Assembly (NCBI GenBank): GCA_002269645.1
Contig: NIVC01003211.1
Span: 3,460 to 67,459, forward strand
Reading direction: 5' to 3'
Length of the DNA: 64,000 bases
Source: Macrostomum lignano
Taxonomy: Eukaryota
Shown one piece after another: positions 46,908 through 59,549 of the stretch. The position numbers and the translations under genes are program-made. Each line of letters begins with the position of its first letter. Position 1 is the first letter of the stretch. The notes below the pieces were generated by a model. That model worked only from the letters and a program-made list of their open reading frames with translations, did not search any database and was not told the DNA's origin.

Positions 46908-49187
46908 TTACAGCTGACCGGACTCGCGCAGGAACTGCTCATAATCGGCGTACATATCGTCAGTCATGCTCTGCGAGGCGTTCGACACACTGCCAGCGGC
47001 AGCGAATCCGGCCGGCGGGCGGCCCCAGCCAGAGGCGCGCAGCTCCAGCAGCCTGATGATGTCGGTGGCCAGGGCCACGTCGCCAATACGGCAGTGGGCG
47101 ACGGCCTGGCGCAGCTGGTCGTAGAGATTCTCCAACTGGCCGGCTGGAGACGCGCTGTCTTCGCCGCCACCGTTGACCGCGCCGGCAGCGGAGTTGGCGC
47201 AGTCGATGTCGAGAATTTCCCCCACGGACAGCAGAGCAGATTGGATAGCACGGAAACCGGCCGGGCAGTCGGACAGGCCGGCCAGAAGGTTAAGAATCTG
47301 CAGCGACGACTGAAAATAGAATCCAAGATTGCTCTAGTTCATTGCGTGAAACTGTCGTTTTTATTAATCTGTCGTTTCTTTGAAACCTGGTCGTTTCTAT
47401 GAAACCTGGTCGTTTCTATGAAACCTGGTCGTTTCTATGAAACCTGGTCGTTTCTATGAAACCTGGTCTTTTCTATGAAACCTGGTCGTTTCTATGAAAC
47501 CTGGTCGTTTCTATGAAACCTGGTAGTTTCTATGAAACCTGGTCGTTTCTATGAAACCTGGTAGTTTCTATGAAACCTGGTAGTTTCTACGAAACCTGGT
47601 AGTTTCTATGAAACCTGGTCGTTTCTATGAAACTTGGTAGTTTCTATGTAACTGTCATAGCAAAAAATTCTTCTAAAATGCTTGAAATTTTCATAGCACC
47701 CTCACCCTTGCAATGGCTTGCTGTCGATCGGTTGGCGCGGTCGGGCTCGGCAAGCAAGCGTAGAGCAGACAGAAAAACAAAGCGTAGCCGGCCTTTTCTT
47801 CAGTGGCTGTCTTCTGCGCCACCAGATGGCGACAGAGGGCGTCATTCTCAACTGAGCAGTGGCGCATCAGGGCAAGGTAGAATGGCAGGTTGGATAGCGG
47901 ACTTGAGCGGTCGAAAAGCTGGGGACTGTCCTAGTAGCGAAGGATGAAAAAACACAACGGGTTATACGTCATATACGACAATTTTACATGAAAAGTAGTT
48001 CTGCGAAACAAATATTTCTACGAAACAGGCGTTTCTACGAAACAGGCGTTTCTACGAAACAGGCGTTTCTACGAAACAGGCGTTTCTACGAAACAGGCGT
48101 TTCTACGAAACAGGCGTTTCTACGAAACAGGCGTTTCTACGAAACAGGCGTTTCTACGAAACAGGCGTTTCTACGAAACAGGCGTTTCTACGAAACAGGC
48201 GTTTCTACGAAACAGGCGTTTCTACGAAACAGGCGTTTCTACGAAACAGGCGTTTCTACGAAACAGGCGTTTCTACGAAACAGGCGTTTCTACGAAACAG
48301 GCGTTTCTACGAAACAGGCGTTTCTACGAAACAGGCGTTTCTACGAAACAGGCGTTTCTACGAAACAGGCGTTTCTACGAAACAGGCGTTTCTACGAAAC
48401 AGGCGTTTCTACGAAACAGGCGTTTCTACGAAACAGGCGTTTCTACGAAACAGGCGTTTCTACGAAACAGGCGTTTCTACGAAACAGGCGTTTCTACGAA
48501 ACAGGCTTTTGTACGAAACGGGAGTATCTACGAAGCAGGCATTTATACATGTAAGGGCTTGCTACAGTTAAAAAGAGACTTGAACGAAAGGATTGGTTGA
48601 AACATTCTCCAGGACAGGAAGTTAGTAGCTCTTACACGCACCTTTTCAGTTACAGTAAAGTTGAGCGCCAGGTAAGCCAGCAGCTCGGCAGCCAGATCGC
48701 AGAGGCCCCGGTCAGAGCTGGCCAGCCGCACAACAGACCTCACCAACTGTTCGCAATCGCTTCGAGTTTTTGCCCACCTGCGCAGTTGAGTCAGACTGGC
48801 GCCCATCTTAACCTCCATCTGCTGCCGGTCCCCAGCTGAACGCAGGCTGCTAATGAGGCCGGCCGCCAGCTGGGCTGCCGCATCGTCGCCGGATGGCGCA
48901 GCAGCCGACGCTGACGCAGTTGTCGACGGGCCGCCAACGCCGGCAGCCGATGGCGCGGGCACAAAGTCGGCTACGTTGACATTCCATTCGTGAGCGGCAA
49001 CATCGGGGACAACGCTGCTGCCCCCGCCGCCGCCACCGCTGCCAAGGATCGGGCGGCCAACAGCTGCGTTGGAGGCGGCTGCGTTGGCATCAGCGAGGAA
49101 ATGCCTGCCATGCTGCTGCTGCTGTTCCTGACTGCCAGCCTCCTGCGATTGGCTGGGCGACTTCCTCTGCTGCTGCTGTTCGCTCAT
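46908..49187 (-). CDS. PAIP1: Polyadenylate-binding protein-interacting protein 1 (PAM2 + MIF4G + acidic PAM1-like tail), 3 exons, 390 aa
   Basis: Exons 49187-48642, 47930-47706, 47309-46908 (1173 nt, all phase 0). PAM2-like WNVNVADFVP; YALFFCLLY; IIRLLELRASGWG (human LLKLVELRSSNWG); DMYADYEQFLRES tail. Confidence 0.85.
47380..47650. repeat. 19-bp minisatellite (GAAACCTGGTCGTTTCTAT) in PAIP1 intron 2
   Basis: Period 19 (47401 to 47420); intron 47705-47310. Confidence 0.92.
48010..48540. repeat. 17-bp near-perfect minisatellite (GAAACAGGCGTTTCTAC) in PAIP1 intron 1
   Basis: Period 17, about 28 identical copies; intron 48641-47931. Confidence 0.95.
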
Positions 49188-49899
49188 GTCCAAGTTGCTG
49201 ACTGGTACTAAACTTTTATATTAATAATTTCACTGCCAAAAATATGGGCCTCGAAAGATGCAACGAAACTGGAAAGAATTCAGTGGGCTAAACTTGAAGG
49301 TGAATAATTGTTGAAAGCACATATTAGTGTCGACAATGAAAGAATTTAGGTTCATGCTACTTGAAATAAAGCCATTAAACTGGTATTCTCACTCATTAAA
49401 ATAATGGGATATTTTTTAAATAAAGTCAAACGTGTGGGTTTCCAATAGCAACAAACATTCAGATTCAGACAGACATTGAAAAAATGCCTATAAATTTGGA
49501 ATAATTTAGATCCAATATACAGAGAATCATCTTGAAATTGTTAAGAACCCCCCCCCCTTACATCAGAGTCAAAGTAGTTTAATTGATGGCTAGAAAGGCT
49601 TACAAAAAAATAAGTTTAATTATCTTTTTAATAAAATACTGGCTTTTATTCCTGGTACTAACGAAATAATTATAAATATTACTAACAAAGTTGTATGTTT
49701 TTAATTAATTTTGCATAATACTACACGTTATTTAGATTTAGGCAAAGACTAAAGGCTGCAAAAAAGCCTAAATCTAATTTGATAGATAATTTAATTTTCC
49801 AAGATATAATGGGTGTCATTAACATTAAGCTCATTGTGAAAATATGGATGAATTGTCTCTGTTGACTTCAATCTGTCTCTTATGTTAATTGGCAAGAGT

Positions 49900-52800
49900 A
49901 CAATAATTATTTAGGTTCTGCTACTCATCTGACAGCTTATTTCCAGCATGAGGCTGTCAATATGCATTTTGACTTAGTTCCTGATGACCATCTCAACAAG
50001 TTTTCCTTCCAAAGAAGAAGCATTTATTTTTTGCTTTTTGAGACCAATGTCTGCATATGGCTATATAGATTAGAATATAATTTGAGGAGCTAAATTATGG
50101 CTTTAGCCACTCCATTCACTCCATGCACTTCATTCCCAAAGACTACCAAAATGGAGATTTTTTTCTAATTTCTATGCTTGCAGCTGGGAAAAGAAATAAC
50201 TTTAAGAAATTGTATGACTATGTGGAATTGGCTTTGGTGGGCCACATATAGCATCCAGGCTTTGCCCAGGCAACCACTTCATGAAGGTGAGCCTCATTTT
50301 TAGCAGAACAAATCATTTGAACCAACACATAGCTCCAATGAATACCAGCAAATCAATGGGAATGCTGAAGCCCAGCTAGCCACTGGCCAAGTGATCAATA
50401 ATAAGAGAGCTGGCAGTCAAAAACAGTTACCCTACTGCTTCTACTGGGACACATGAAGGTCAATTTGTTATGGAATTAATAATTCCAAGTATGTTTTTAG
50501 GAGCCAGCACTAAATGAGGCTCTCTGCAAATCATTGAGATCTATATTGTCTTGTTGCCTGCGCATGAGGGGGTACTATCATATTAGTATGGTAGAATCTA
50601 GAAAAAATGCACAAATTTCTGGATGGTAAGGGCTGAGTGCAAAATGCAAGGGTGCAAGAGAGAACTTACTTTTTTAATGAAGGAAGAACTCCAATTACAA
50701 GAATGCTGGGAGTGGTACATTATTGGACGAGGTCTTTTTGACCACTCAAAAGACAAATAATCTATGTTTACAAGAATAAGAGGAAGAGGAAGAACATTTG
50801 ACAAAATCTATCACAGAGCATAGGGCACCAAGAGTGCATCAAAGCTATCTAGTGAAGATTGGCACATGCATAACATGGCGGTTTTCAGTTCACACTGCGC
50901 TAGCCTATCATGCTGGCATGAGTGGTTATTACAGCACTGGAGCAAACAGTTACAGTAACAGTGTAGTGTGTACTACTTGAGCAAAAACTTTAATTCATGC
51001 AAATTGACATCTGTTATGGAAAGGATTGCCAAAAAGGTAAATGAGGAAAAATTACTATATAAGGACATAAATATAGAATTACTAATTATGCAGACTGCTC
51101 TGCAAGAAGAATACCCATGAGTACTTGCCAGGAATAGTTAGAGTGCTGCACTAATTCCTTGCATGTTATTCTGTACTTTGGTTACCAACTGCAATACTTA
51201 ATCAAACTAATATAGGAAAATAAGTTTACTATTCTTCATATTGATACAACCAGATTGATAATTAAAAAGTGGATTATTTGGATATGTATTCCTACACACA
51301 GCAAAGCAAATTAGGGACACTTTTTGAGGTACTTTTACAGAGTTGTGACTATTAAGTTAGCAGACAAAATAAAGTCAACAATTTGGGATGCAACAAACTT
51401 TTTTGACTAAGTCTGCAAAAGTATGCCAGCATATAATGTCCAAACCCTATAATAGCAAAGATGATTAGCAAGGCACCTACTTAGATGGCCAGTCTGAGGA
51501 AAGAGATCAAGAAGATAAAAATAGTACTAATGAGGACAAAACAAATAGTTTATAATACAACTGATTGCCTTTTTATAAGTACTTTAATGCATGAGAACAT
51601 TAATAGCTAATAGCACTAGGGAAGTAGAGGAAGTTGCTATCAATAACAAACTGCACTCACCAGAGATAGTCAAAATGTTTATCATCCAATACCTCTCCTA
51701 CTTTTCTTTATAGGCTGCCTATGTCTGCACTGTAAATCTGAAAGGTCCAAACAGGGTCCATATTATAATTTTGGACCCTTCACCAAAAAGGTCCAAAAAT
51801 AAATTATTTAAAATATTAAAAAAGACATTTTTGACTTCTGTTTAGAAGAAATACAACCAAATATGCTTTTAAAACTGTAATTAGCTAATTGACAATTGAA
51901 CTTTATCTGTCTTTAACTAGGTAAAAAATACATAAAAACATTACTTGTAATTTTAAAAAGTGAACCACTTAATAACTATGGTATTGTGTGCATTAAAAAA
52001 GTAATAGTTTACATAAATTTGTTTTTAATTGAGATATTGAATCCTCAGATTTAGGTAATTTAAAAGGAAATTTTTTTATTCTGTTTTTGTTGAGTCCTAG
52101 TTTTCACTGATCAAAGTGTCAATTGAAGTTTAAAGTTTGTTTTTTAGTGAGCTGGCACTCTTTGTTCTCAATGAAAGCTCAGTGCAGTAATATAATTGTT
52201 ATTAATTTCATTGGTTACTTAGTCATTTTACTTCTTTATATTCTCAAGGAAATAGTTTATATATATATTTTTTTCTACTTATTCTATTTAATATTTATTG
52301 ATATAAGTTGCAAGTATATTATATATTTTTGTATTTTGTGCATTCTTGGTCAGTCTCAGTTCAGTACTTTTTACTTTGCAATAAATTATTTATTAAGAAA
52401 GCAATTGATAGGCTTAGCTAGCTACACCTAGCTAGGCATTAGTATATAAAACTGGGCCTAATGATGCTGCTAATACTTATAAGGGATAATAATTTAGGAC
52501 TGAGGGGATTTAGATGTACTGCATGTGCTTTTTCTAATAAGTGTTTATTTCAGTTTATTAGTCATATTAAGCTTCATCATTCTGTTGGTTGTATATGTTT
52601 TTTATGTCCAGTTGAGGGATGTTTCCATAGTAGTACTACTATTGAAGGACTTCAAGCTCATGCATATCATATACATAAGAAAAACAATACCTTTCTTAGT
52701 CAGTAGTGACAATGTGTTATTAAAAAATTTAGAACTATATTGCTCTCTCTAGAGCGTTATGGACAAGCATTCAAGCAAGCATACAAACCTTAGAGATTTA

Positions 52801-53830
52801 GTATATTTAGATTAGAAGAAGTAATAGTACTAATGACAATGAGAATTTTGAAGAATTTGAAAATAATCTGGATACTAGCAATATTTAAACTATTACTATT
52901 GCCAGTATTGGCATTAATAATCCTAGTTTTGTAGCTTTAGGTCAAGGGCAAGAAAATAAGCATACTATGATAAATGAGCAAGAATGTAAATATTCTGTTG
53001 AAGATATCCATAATAATATCAGAATTAATCTTGCAGAAAGTTTTGTTCAATTTTATTTAAAGTCTAATTATTTTTTTGAATCCCAAAGCAAATATCTGGC
53101 TAGTTCTGTAAGTTATTTAAAGAAATAATAGTAAAATTTGCTGAAGACTATCTTTCACTATTTGAACAATTCCTAATAAAGGAATTTCCCTGTTTTGTTA
53201 GTAGTTTTAATAGTCAAAGGTATTTTAGATCTTGAAGAAATGATAGATTTATCATTAGAACATCTGCTTTCTAATCAAAAGATATTAGATATTTTATATA
53301 CAAGTTTTAATTTAGTTCAACCTATGCAAGTTCCTAATAATATTGTAAAATATTCAAAAAGTAAAGTTAAATAAAATGCTAAATAAAATACTTGGCTCAA
53401 TTATTAATGAAATATTATTGCAATATATGATTTCTAATCCAAATCTATGCCTTGATAATGGCAGTGACTTTTTCAGTCTTTTTATTATAAAGAACATATT
53501 GGCAATTATATACCAAATAAAAAAGGTTTATTTTTTTAATTTTATTCAGATGAGATTGAAGTTTGCAACCCAATTGGTTCTACCAGTCTGCCAGAAACTG
53601 CCAGGACCAGGATGCTGTCTTAAGATGGGCAATCATGGCATAGAGTATTAGTAAATGGGACAAACTTAGTTTTTGAGAACAAAACTGATTTCATTGTTGC
53701 TTTTATCATTGTATACATTGCTTTTAACCTCCAGCACATTCTCACCCTCAAGGCTTTCCTGGAAGTAGTGGAGGTTCTGGCTGGACTTTGAAAAAGAGCT
53801 TCCAGGAGGCCTGCTGCACTTCTGCTTGAC
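49900..53830. mobile_element. Decayed CACTA/EnSpm (CMC)-like transposon: transposase remnants on minus (about 49900-51200), C2H2 zinc-finger accessory ORF remnants on plus (about 52460-53830)
   Basis: Minus: IVPPH…TRQYRS…CWLLK-Y and HFGSLWE*SAW-like pieces. Plus: CTACAF…HIKLHH…CPVEGC…HAYHIH zinc fingers and …FIIVYIAFNLQH…LKAFLE C-terminal motif. Many stops; termini not found. Confidence 0.4.
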
Positions 53831-55269
53831 ACTCTTCAGTAGATTTGTATTTTAAAATTTGTTCTTTAAAGACTCATTGCATTGCTTGCAGATTTGTATA
53901 TTAAATTATCCAATTAACTTGTTTTGGGCCTTGGGGTCACATAGGACTGCATGGATGATTTAAGGGGTTTAAAAATGTAATTTAATTTAATTTAATCGAA
54001 TTTTAGTAAGCTCTTTGCTTTTTTATCTCCTACTTTTTCCCTGAGCAATTGGAGCATCTAAAGGGAAGCAAGTTTAGAACTGTAGCAAGAATATGCATCT
54101 AGCAAAAAGACACATTTTCACATGACATGCTGACATGTTTATTTGGCTACAATTTATTGCTTGATAAGTGCACTATATTGATTACATTTTTGCAAAGAAA
54201 TTGAATGCTGTATACCAACATATTAAGAATATGACCAATTTCATAGAAACCAAGCAACCCCTTTGCAAGTTTTGCAAGTTCTGTGGCTTGGAAAAGCTTG
54301 CTATCCAAAGGAAGCAAATTGAATAGGTAACTTAATGCTTGATATATGCATTTTATATATAGAAAAGGATTCAACCAGCTTGCAAGTCATTTTTGCAAAA
54401 TTTTAGATTGAATGCCTTTCTTACCTTTTTGGTTTCACAAAATATATTAGAATAGCTAGAAAAGCATGGCAAATGTTTGCTTCAATTGTGTCAGACTTGA
54501 TGCATAAAATGTTAACTATGCTACATAAGGAAAGAGACAATGCAATTATTTTGAATGAGGTTTGACATGATATTTATATTATAAGGTGCTTTATGTTTTG
54601 TTGCACAAATGTTTCAATGCTTATATTCTGGAATTGATTCTTAGTTGCTGAAAAGATTGTTCCTATATCTAAATTGATGGCACTAATTTTGTTTGACTTT
54701 ATTGATATAGACAGCTATTTAGCAAAATTATTCTTAGCTATAAATTGTGATAGTGAATCACTTTGAAACTGATTTGATTGTGTGGTAGGCAGATTGGTTT
54801 CTTAGGCAGATTAGGCACTCAATTAAACTGTGGGGAAGTCTAAAAATCATAATATTTCTTCTTGGATGACTCAGCAGATTTGCAAAAATTTTTCGCCATT
54901 TTGAAAGTTAGCTTAGGTTTTTATTTCTTCTAGTAGTTGCTTGACAACTTTGCTGTCTTAATGACTTGTGACAATCCAATTACATAGTTGGCACTCTAGA
55001 CAGTGGGTGCAGAATCTTAAAAAGTTGCATTTACTTGCAATTTCTTATAAGGCTACCTTTGTTGTTTCCTTTGCTTCCTTGTGTTGCTCTTTTGCTAACC
55101 TTAAATGCTGGCTGGCACTTTTTGTTTTTTAATATTCTTCCCAATAATAATAAAAGTAATACTATTATTAATATTAATAAAAATAAAGTTCAATATATTT
55201 AAAACATCCCTAAAAATTGTTGCTACAAGATATATCTTTAATTATGAAGAATCTTATTGTTTAAGGTAT

Positions 55270-55640
55270 CTTTTAAAGCAAAGACATGTTTAAAGCAGCT
55301 GTGCAATTTTTATATAGAAAGAGCAAAGTATGACAATGCATAAGCTTTTTAAAAAATTATTTGGTACATTTTAAAACATTGTAACAATCATTGCTAGGGA
55401 ATATTTTAGCTTGTGAAGCATCTTTGTTGGTGTTTGATATGTATTTTAAAGCAGAGACATATGTAAAGCAACTGTGCAATTTTCATGCAGAAAAAAACTA
55501 AGTGTGACAATGCAATAGCTTTTCAAAAATGATTATATACATTTTTGATATCTTTAAAAATGTTATACCAATAGTTGCTAGGGAATATCTCAGCTTAAGA
55601 AGCATCTTTGCTGGTGTTTGAGGTGTCCTTTTAAAACAGA
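55270..55640. repeat. Degenerate ~173-bp tandem duplication
   Basis: AAAGCA(A/G)AGACAT…CTGTGCAATTTT…TTGCTAGGGAATAT…GAAGCATCTTTG occurs at about 55275 and 55448. Confidence 0.75.
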
Positions 55641-57994
55641 AATGAATATAAAAATGTCTAAAAATTTATATTGTCTTATATAAATTTATTAATATAAGAA
55701 ATTAATATATCAAATAGACAATAGACAATATATTAAATAAACAATTAAATTAAATATATTTAATATATTAAATAGAAAATTTTGTTAAACATTGTGATTA
55801 AACAATATCTAAACGTTTTTTTCATAAAACTAATATATGTAAAAAAGCTTAATTAAAATATTAATTAAAAACATGCTTTCAAACAAAAATGATCATATTG
55901 TCTAATACTAACAGGTCAAATAAGTAATTCCTTAGTTTGCCACATTAAATTATCTTTATCTATTTTCTTTGTTGTCAATATAAATCATGGCTAGACAACC
56001 TAAGTACCTATAACTATAATACTTCTTATCAATTTATAGCTATTAGCTGATCTCTATGACTTTGATATTACTCACAGATATCTATATAAGCTAGTGCTAT
56101 TGTGGTAGGCCAGTCTACCACTAGGAGAACGATGGTAGACCTTCAACACGGACAAGGCGCACTGTTATTATTTTCCAGCCACTGACAGCTGACGTCACTT
56201 AATTTCAATGTATGTCCCCTTGACTATTCCCCTTTTGTCCCCGCCTTTGCTCCTTTGCTTGCTTCCTTTGCTGCTTTTTCCTGTGCTCTTTTGTTATTAT
56301 ACCGCTTCCAACAGCCAGGTTTTTCCTTTTTCCTTTAGGTGTCTCTTCCCTTGTCCCTTCCGTTGTCTTACCCTCTAGGTTTAGCTGTGTCATTTAATAT
56401 TTAAGTGTTGCATGAAACCAATCTTGCTCTCATGTGTCTCCTTTACTCTGTCTTACTCTGTTTAGCTTGTTTTGCCCTAGCTCTTAGCGTCTAATTGTTT
56501 TATTAATTTGTTGCTCACTTTCGGCATTGCTGATTTGCCTCACTCGTATGTCAACCAACAATAGTAATAATAATCCTTTAGTACTTGAATTGTAACTACT
56601 CATTATCCAGTGCATAATACTATAAATAATAACAAGCCAAAAGTTACATCAAATATTTATTCATTCATTCCTAATTGAAGCCTCTAGTCTATATTGAGTC
56701 ATTTGCCCATGGGGCATAAAATAACCAATCAGTCTCAACTCAAAGAAAGCTCTGAGACCCTCAACATTCTGTAATATGAAATTATGGCGGTGGTAGCACT
56801 ACTTTATTACTGAGAGTAACAAACCAAATGTATTGACAGATTACGGAATTTATGGTATTTGAGGGCCCAATTTGAATGACCATGCTGTTAAAAGACTACT
56901 TGACTGCGATTACAACTAGGCCTACCCTTGCTCCTGGAATTGAGGACCCCGGCAGATGGAGCATCCAAGGAGAAGGATCAGCGCTTCAGTTTATAAAAAT
57001 TTTTGGCTTTACAAGTGCTGAAACAATATCGATGGAAGTCAAAGTTCAAAACCACTCATTTTCCAGTGTTAGCTAATGACAGCAACTGACGATGTTCAAA
57101 TTCAAACCCAACTCCCAAGTTTATTTCTTTTTCTATCCCACCTCACTATTAGCAATGGATACTAAGTTAATTATACAATGGCTAGCTAATTATCATTTGA
57201 TAGCCAACTTATAGGACTATAGCCACTATTTTGAAACTATAGGTATATAGCTTTAATATTGGAGCAGAGCTTGCTATATTGATAGATATACATATAATTA
57301 GTCTTATCTTACCTATCAAACCTAGTCTTTTATTATCCACATCCAGAAGGTTAGCTTCTTTGAAAAAATATTCTAATACTAGGTTACCTAATAGTATTAC
57401 TACTATATCATAGTCTAGATCATGGCAAATACATGTTAGAATATCCCAAACCAAAATTTACAAATGCATACCAATCTTAAGCAAATATATATCAAAGCCA
57501 AACAAATCCATAGCATATGTGTTAATGGACTAGGAAGGAGAATATTATAAAATATTTTAAACTATACAAAAGGCCAATGAATGGAGATCTAATATAATTC
57601 ATTCAAAACTTAATTTTAAACTTGTGCCATTGCCCATTGTGGTTGTACTTAGCAACATTGAAAAGTCACCACTCTAGGCCTATATACTAATGAGCAATTT
57701 CTGTTAGACTATTTAGAAATAAAAGATATGAAATAAATTTATTTTATAGGCATAGGCTATAAATTTAGCTTCATAGCAACATAGCTCTTCATTGCAGTCA
57801 AATCACAAAAAAACATTTTTTCTAAGTACTTGCCCTCAATTTTTGGATTTTGCCATAGAGTTAGGCCCTAAATGGATAGCCTAGGCTATATAGCAAAGCA
57901 TTCTGCTATCCATATGAAGGCTAAGATTAAGAAGCCCTAATTTACTTAATAGACTCATTTTAGACTGTATGTTATTATGGCACTGAACTCCATG

Positions 57995-58540
57995 GTCAGG
58001 AAGGTGCAGCGTGTGCGCCGGAATAACATCCATCAAAATTTTTGTTGTGCGCCGCGTGCGCCGAGAAAAAAAAATTACTTGTGCGCCATGCGCTGAGAAA
58101 AATACACTTAAAAAAGCACCATCAAGTATTAAGTATCTAAATTGAATCAATATCAATGGAAGTTCAAGCAGTTCAATCATAGCTTCTATTTGCAAAATAT
58201 AAGCAAAAAGACGCAACAAAAGCCGCGAAAGGCGCAAATTTGTTAAGTTTGTTAAGTCGATTAATGAAATTTGAAATAGAAACAACATTGGAAATAACGA
58301 CTATCGTATCGACTATCGTTTATTTTATTGATTGATTGACATTTAATATACAATATCATTATTATATTGTCACGTACACTGACGTACCTTGTGCGCCATG
58401 CGCCGAGCCATGCACCGATGCACCGAGCCATGCGCCGATGCGCCGAGCCCATGCGCGCGGCGCAGTGAAGTGTGCGCCGTGCGCCGGCAAATTGCTGATT
58501 TGCGCCGGAAAATTCCGAGGATTCTACCGTCTTCCTGGCT
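57995..58540. mobile_element. Non-autonomous DNA-transposon-like element with clustered TGCGCC repeats near both ends
   Basis: Many TGTGCGCCG/ATGCGCCG motifs at 58010-58090 and 58390-58510 around an AT-rich core; only a short CAGGAAG inverted end; no TSD confirmed. Confidence 0.4.
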
Positions 58541-58912
58541 GTGGACTGAACTGAGGCAAGAATCAAAACACATTTATTATACATATATATATATTTTAGT
58601 ACTTACTTATCAATTTTATTTTAGCCTAGCCTTGCTAGCCTATACCTATCTAGGTATGCCCCAGGTTGCGGATGGTATGCATGTACGCCGGAACTTTTCC
58701 TAGACTATGATGTCACTAGCCTAACAGTAATTAATTTGAGTAATTAATAGTTTTATTCCTGTGCTTTCGGGGAAATCTCGCATATCTGTTTTTAAATCGT
58801 TGCCATCAGACCGCGCCGATACGTGAAGTGACCAAGGAGACCACTCAACTTTTTTAAACTTGAGTACAAGTAGGTCCCTGGACGTGACATTCAGTATGCA
58901 CAGGACGTCAGT

Positions 58913-59171
58913 GGGCCTTTTCATATTGCTTGCTCTGGTTCCAGAACCAGAACTAATTTGTGAAGTATAACTTTTTGTCTCCATAACTAGAGGGAGATAC
59001 GTGCTATAAAGTTTTTATTATTGAATGACAATCGCCAAGAAGAAAGTGAAAATTGTGCTAAGTTATGTTGTTAAGGCAGTCAAATATTAACAGAGTTTAA
59101 TAGTTATACTGCTGTTTTTCTTGGAATTCCGAACCGATTCTGGTTCTGGAATTGGTAATATGAAAAGGCCC
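58913..59171. mobile_element. 259-bp PIF/Harbinger(Tourist)-like MITE
   Basis: 15-bp perfect TIR GGGCCTTTTCATATT, further inner homology (TTCCAGAACCAGAA), 3-bp TSD AGT at 58910-58912 and 59172-59174. Confidence 0.75.
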
Positions 59172-59549
59172 AGTGATAATAGTTTTCTTGACTATAGAAA
59201 TGAAGAGTAAAATTACGTATTCTATCCCAAGTACATATATACATGTTTCCTATACATACGGAGTTCAAAGTAGATCTCTTTCAGCTTCTTAGCATATCAG
59301 GATTCTGCGTCACGCGTCAGTCGGAGGTTTGATGAAATTTTAACTGTATTGTTATTTAAAATTTTCAACCTAAAAGCACCGAACGACTCTTTCTCTGAAG
59401 TATAACATGCAGTAGTATGATGGTTCAATAATGCGGTGTTTTTATTGATACCGGCAAACTCGTGTCTGGCTGGCGTTGCTCCAAAACTAAGGGGAACGCT
59501 GCATGCCATTTACGCATTGCTGGCAGATCACAAAATTTATGAACTGGTT

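Noticed and set aside
47988-48554. 188-aa ORF of FLRNRRFYETGVSTKQA repeats
   Set aside because: 17-bp array read through three frames inside PAIP1 intron 1, antisense.
56080-57500. Short ORFs and coding-like patches (also 2620-2900, 21230-22370, 63331-63606)
   Set aside because: No recognisable motif or splice structure; probably decayed repeats, left uncalled.
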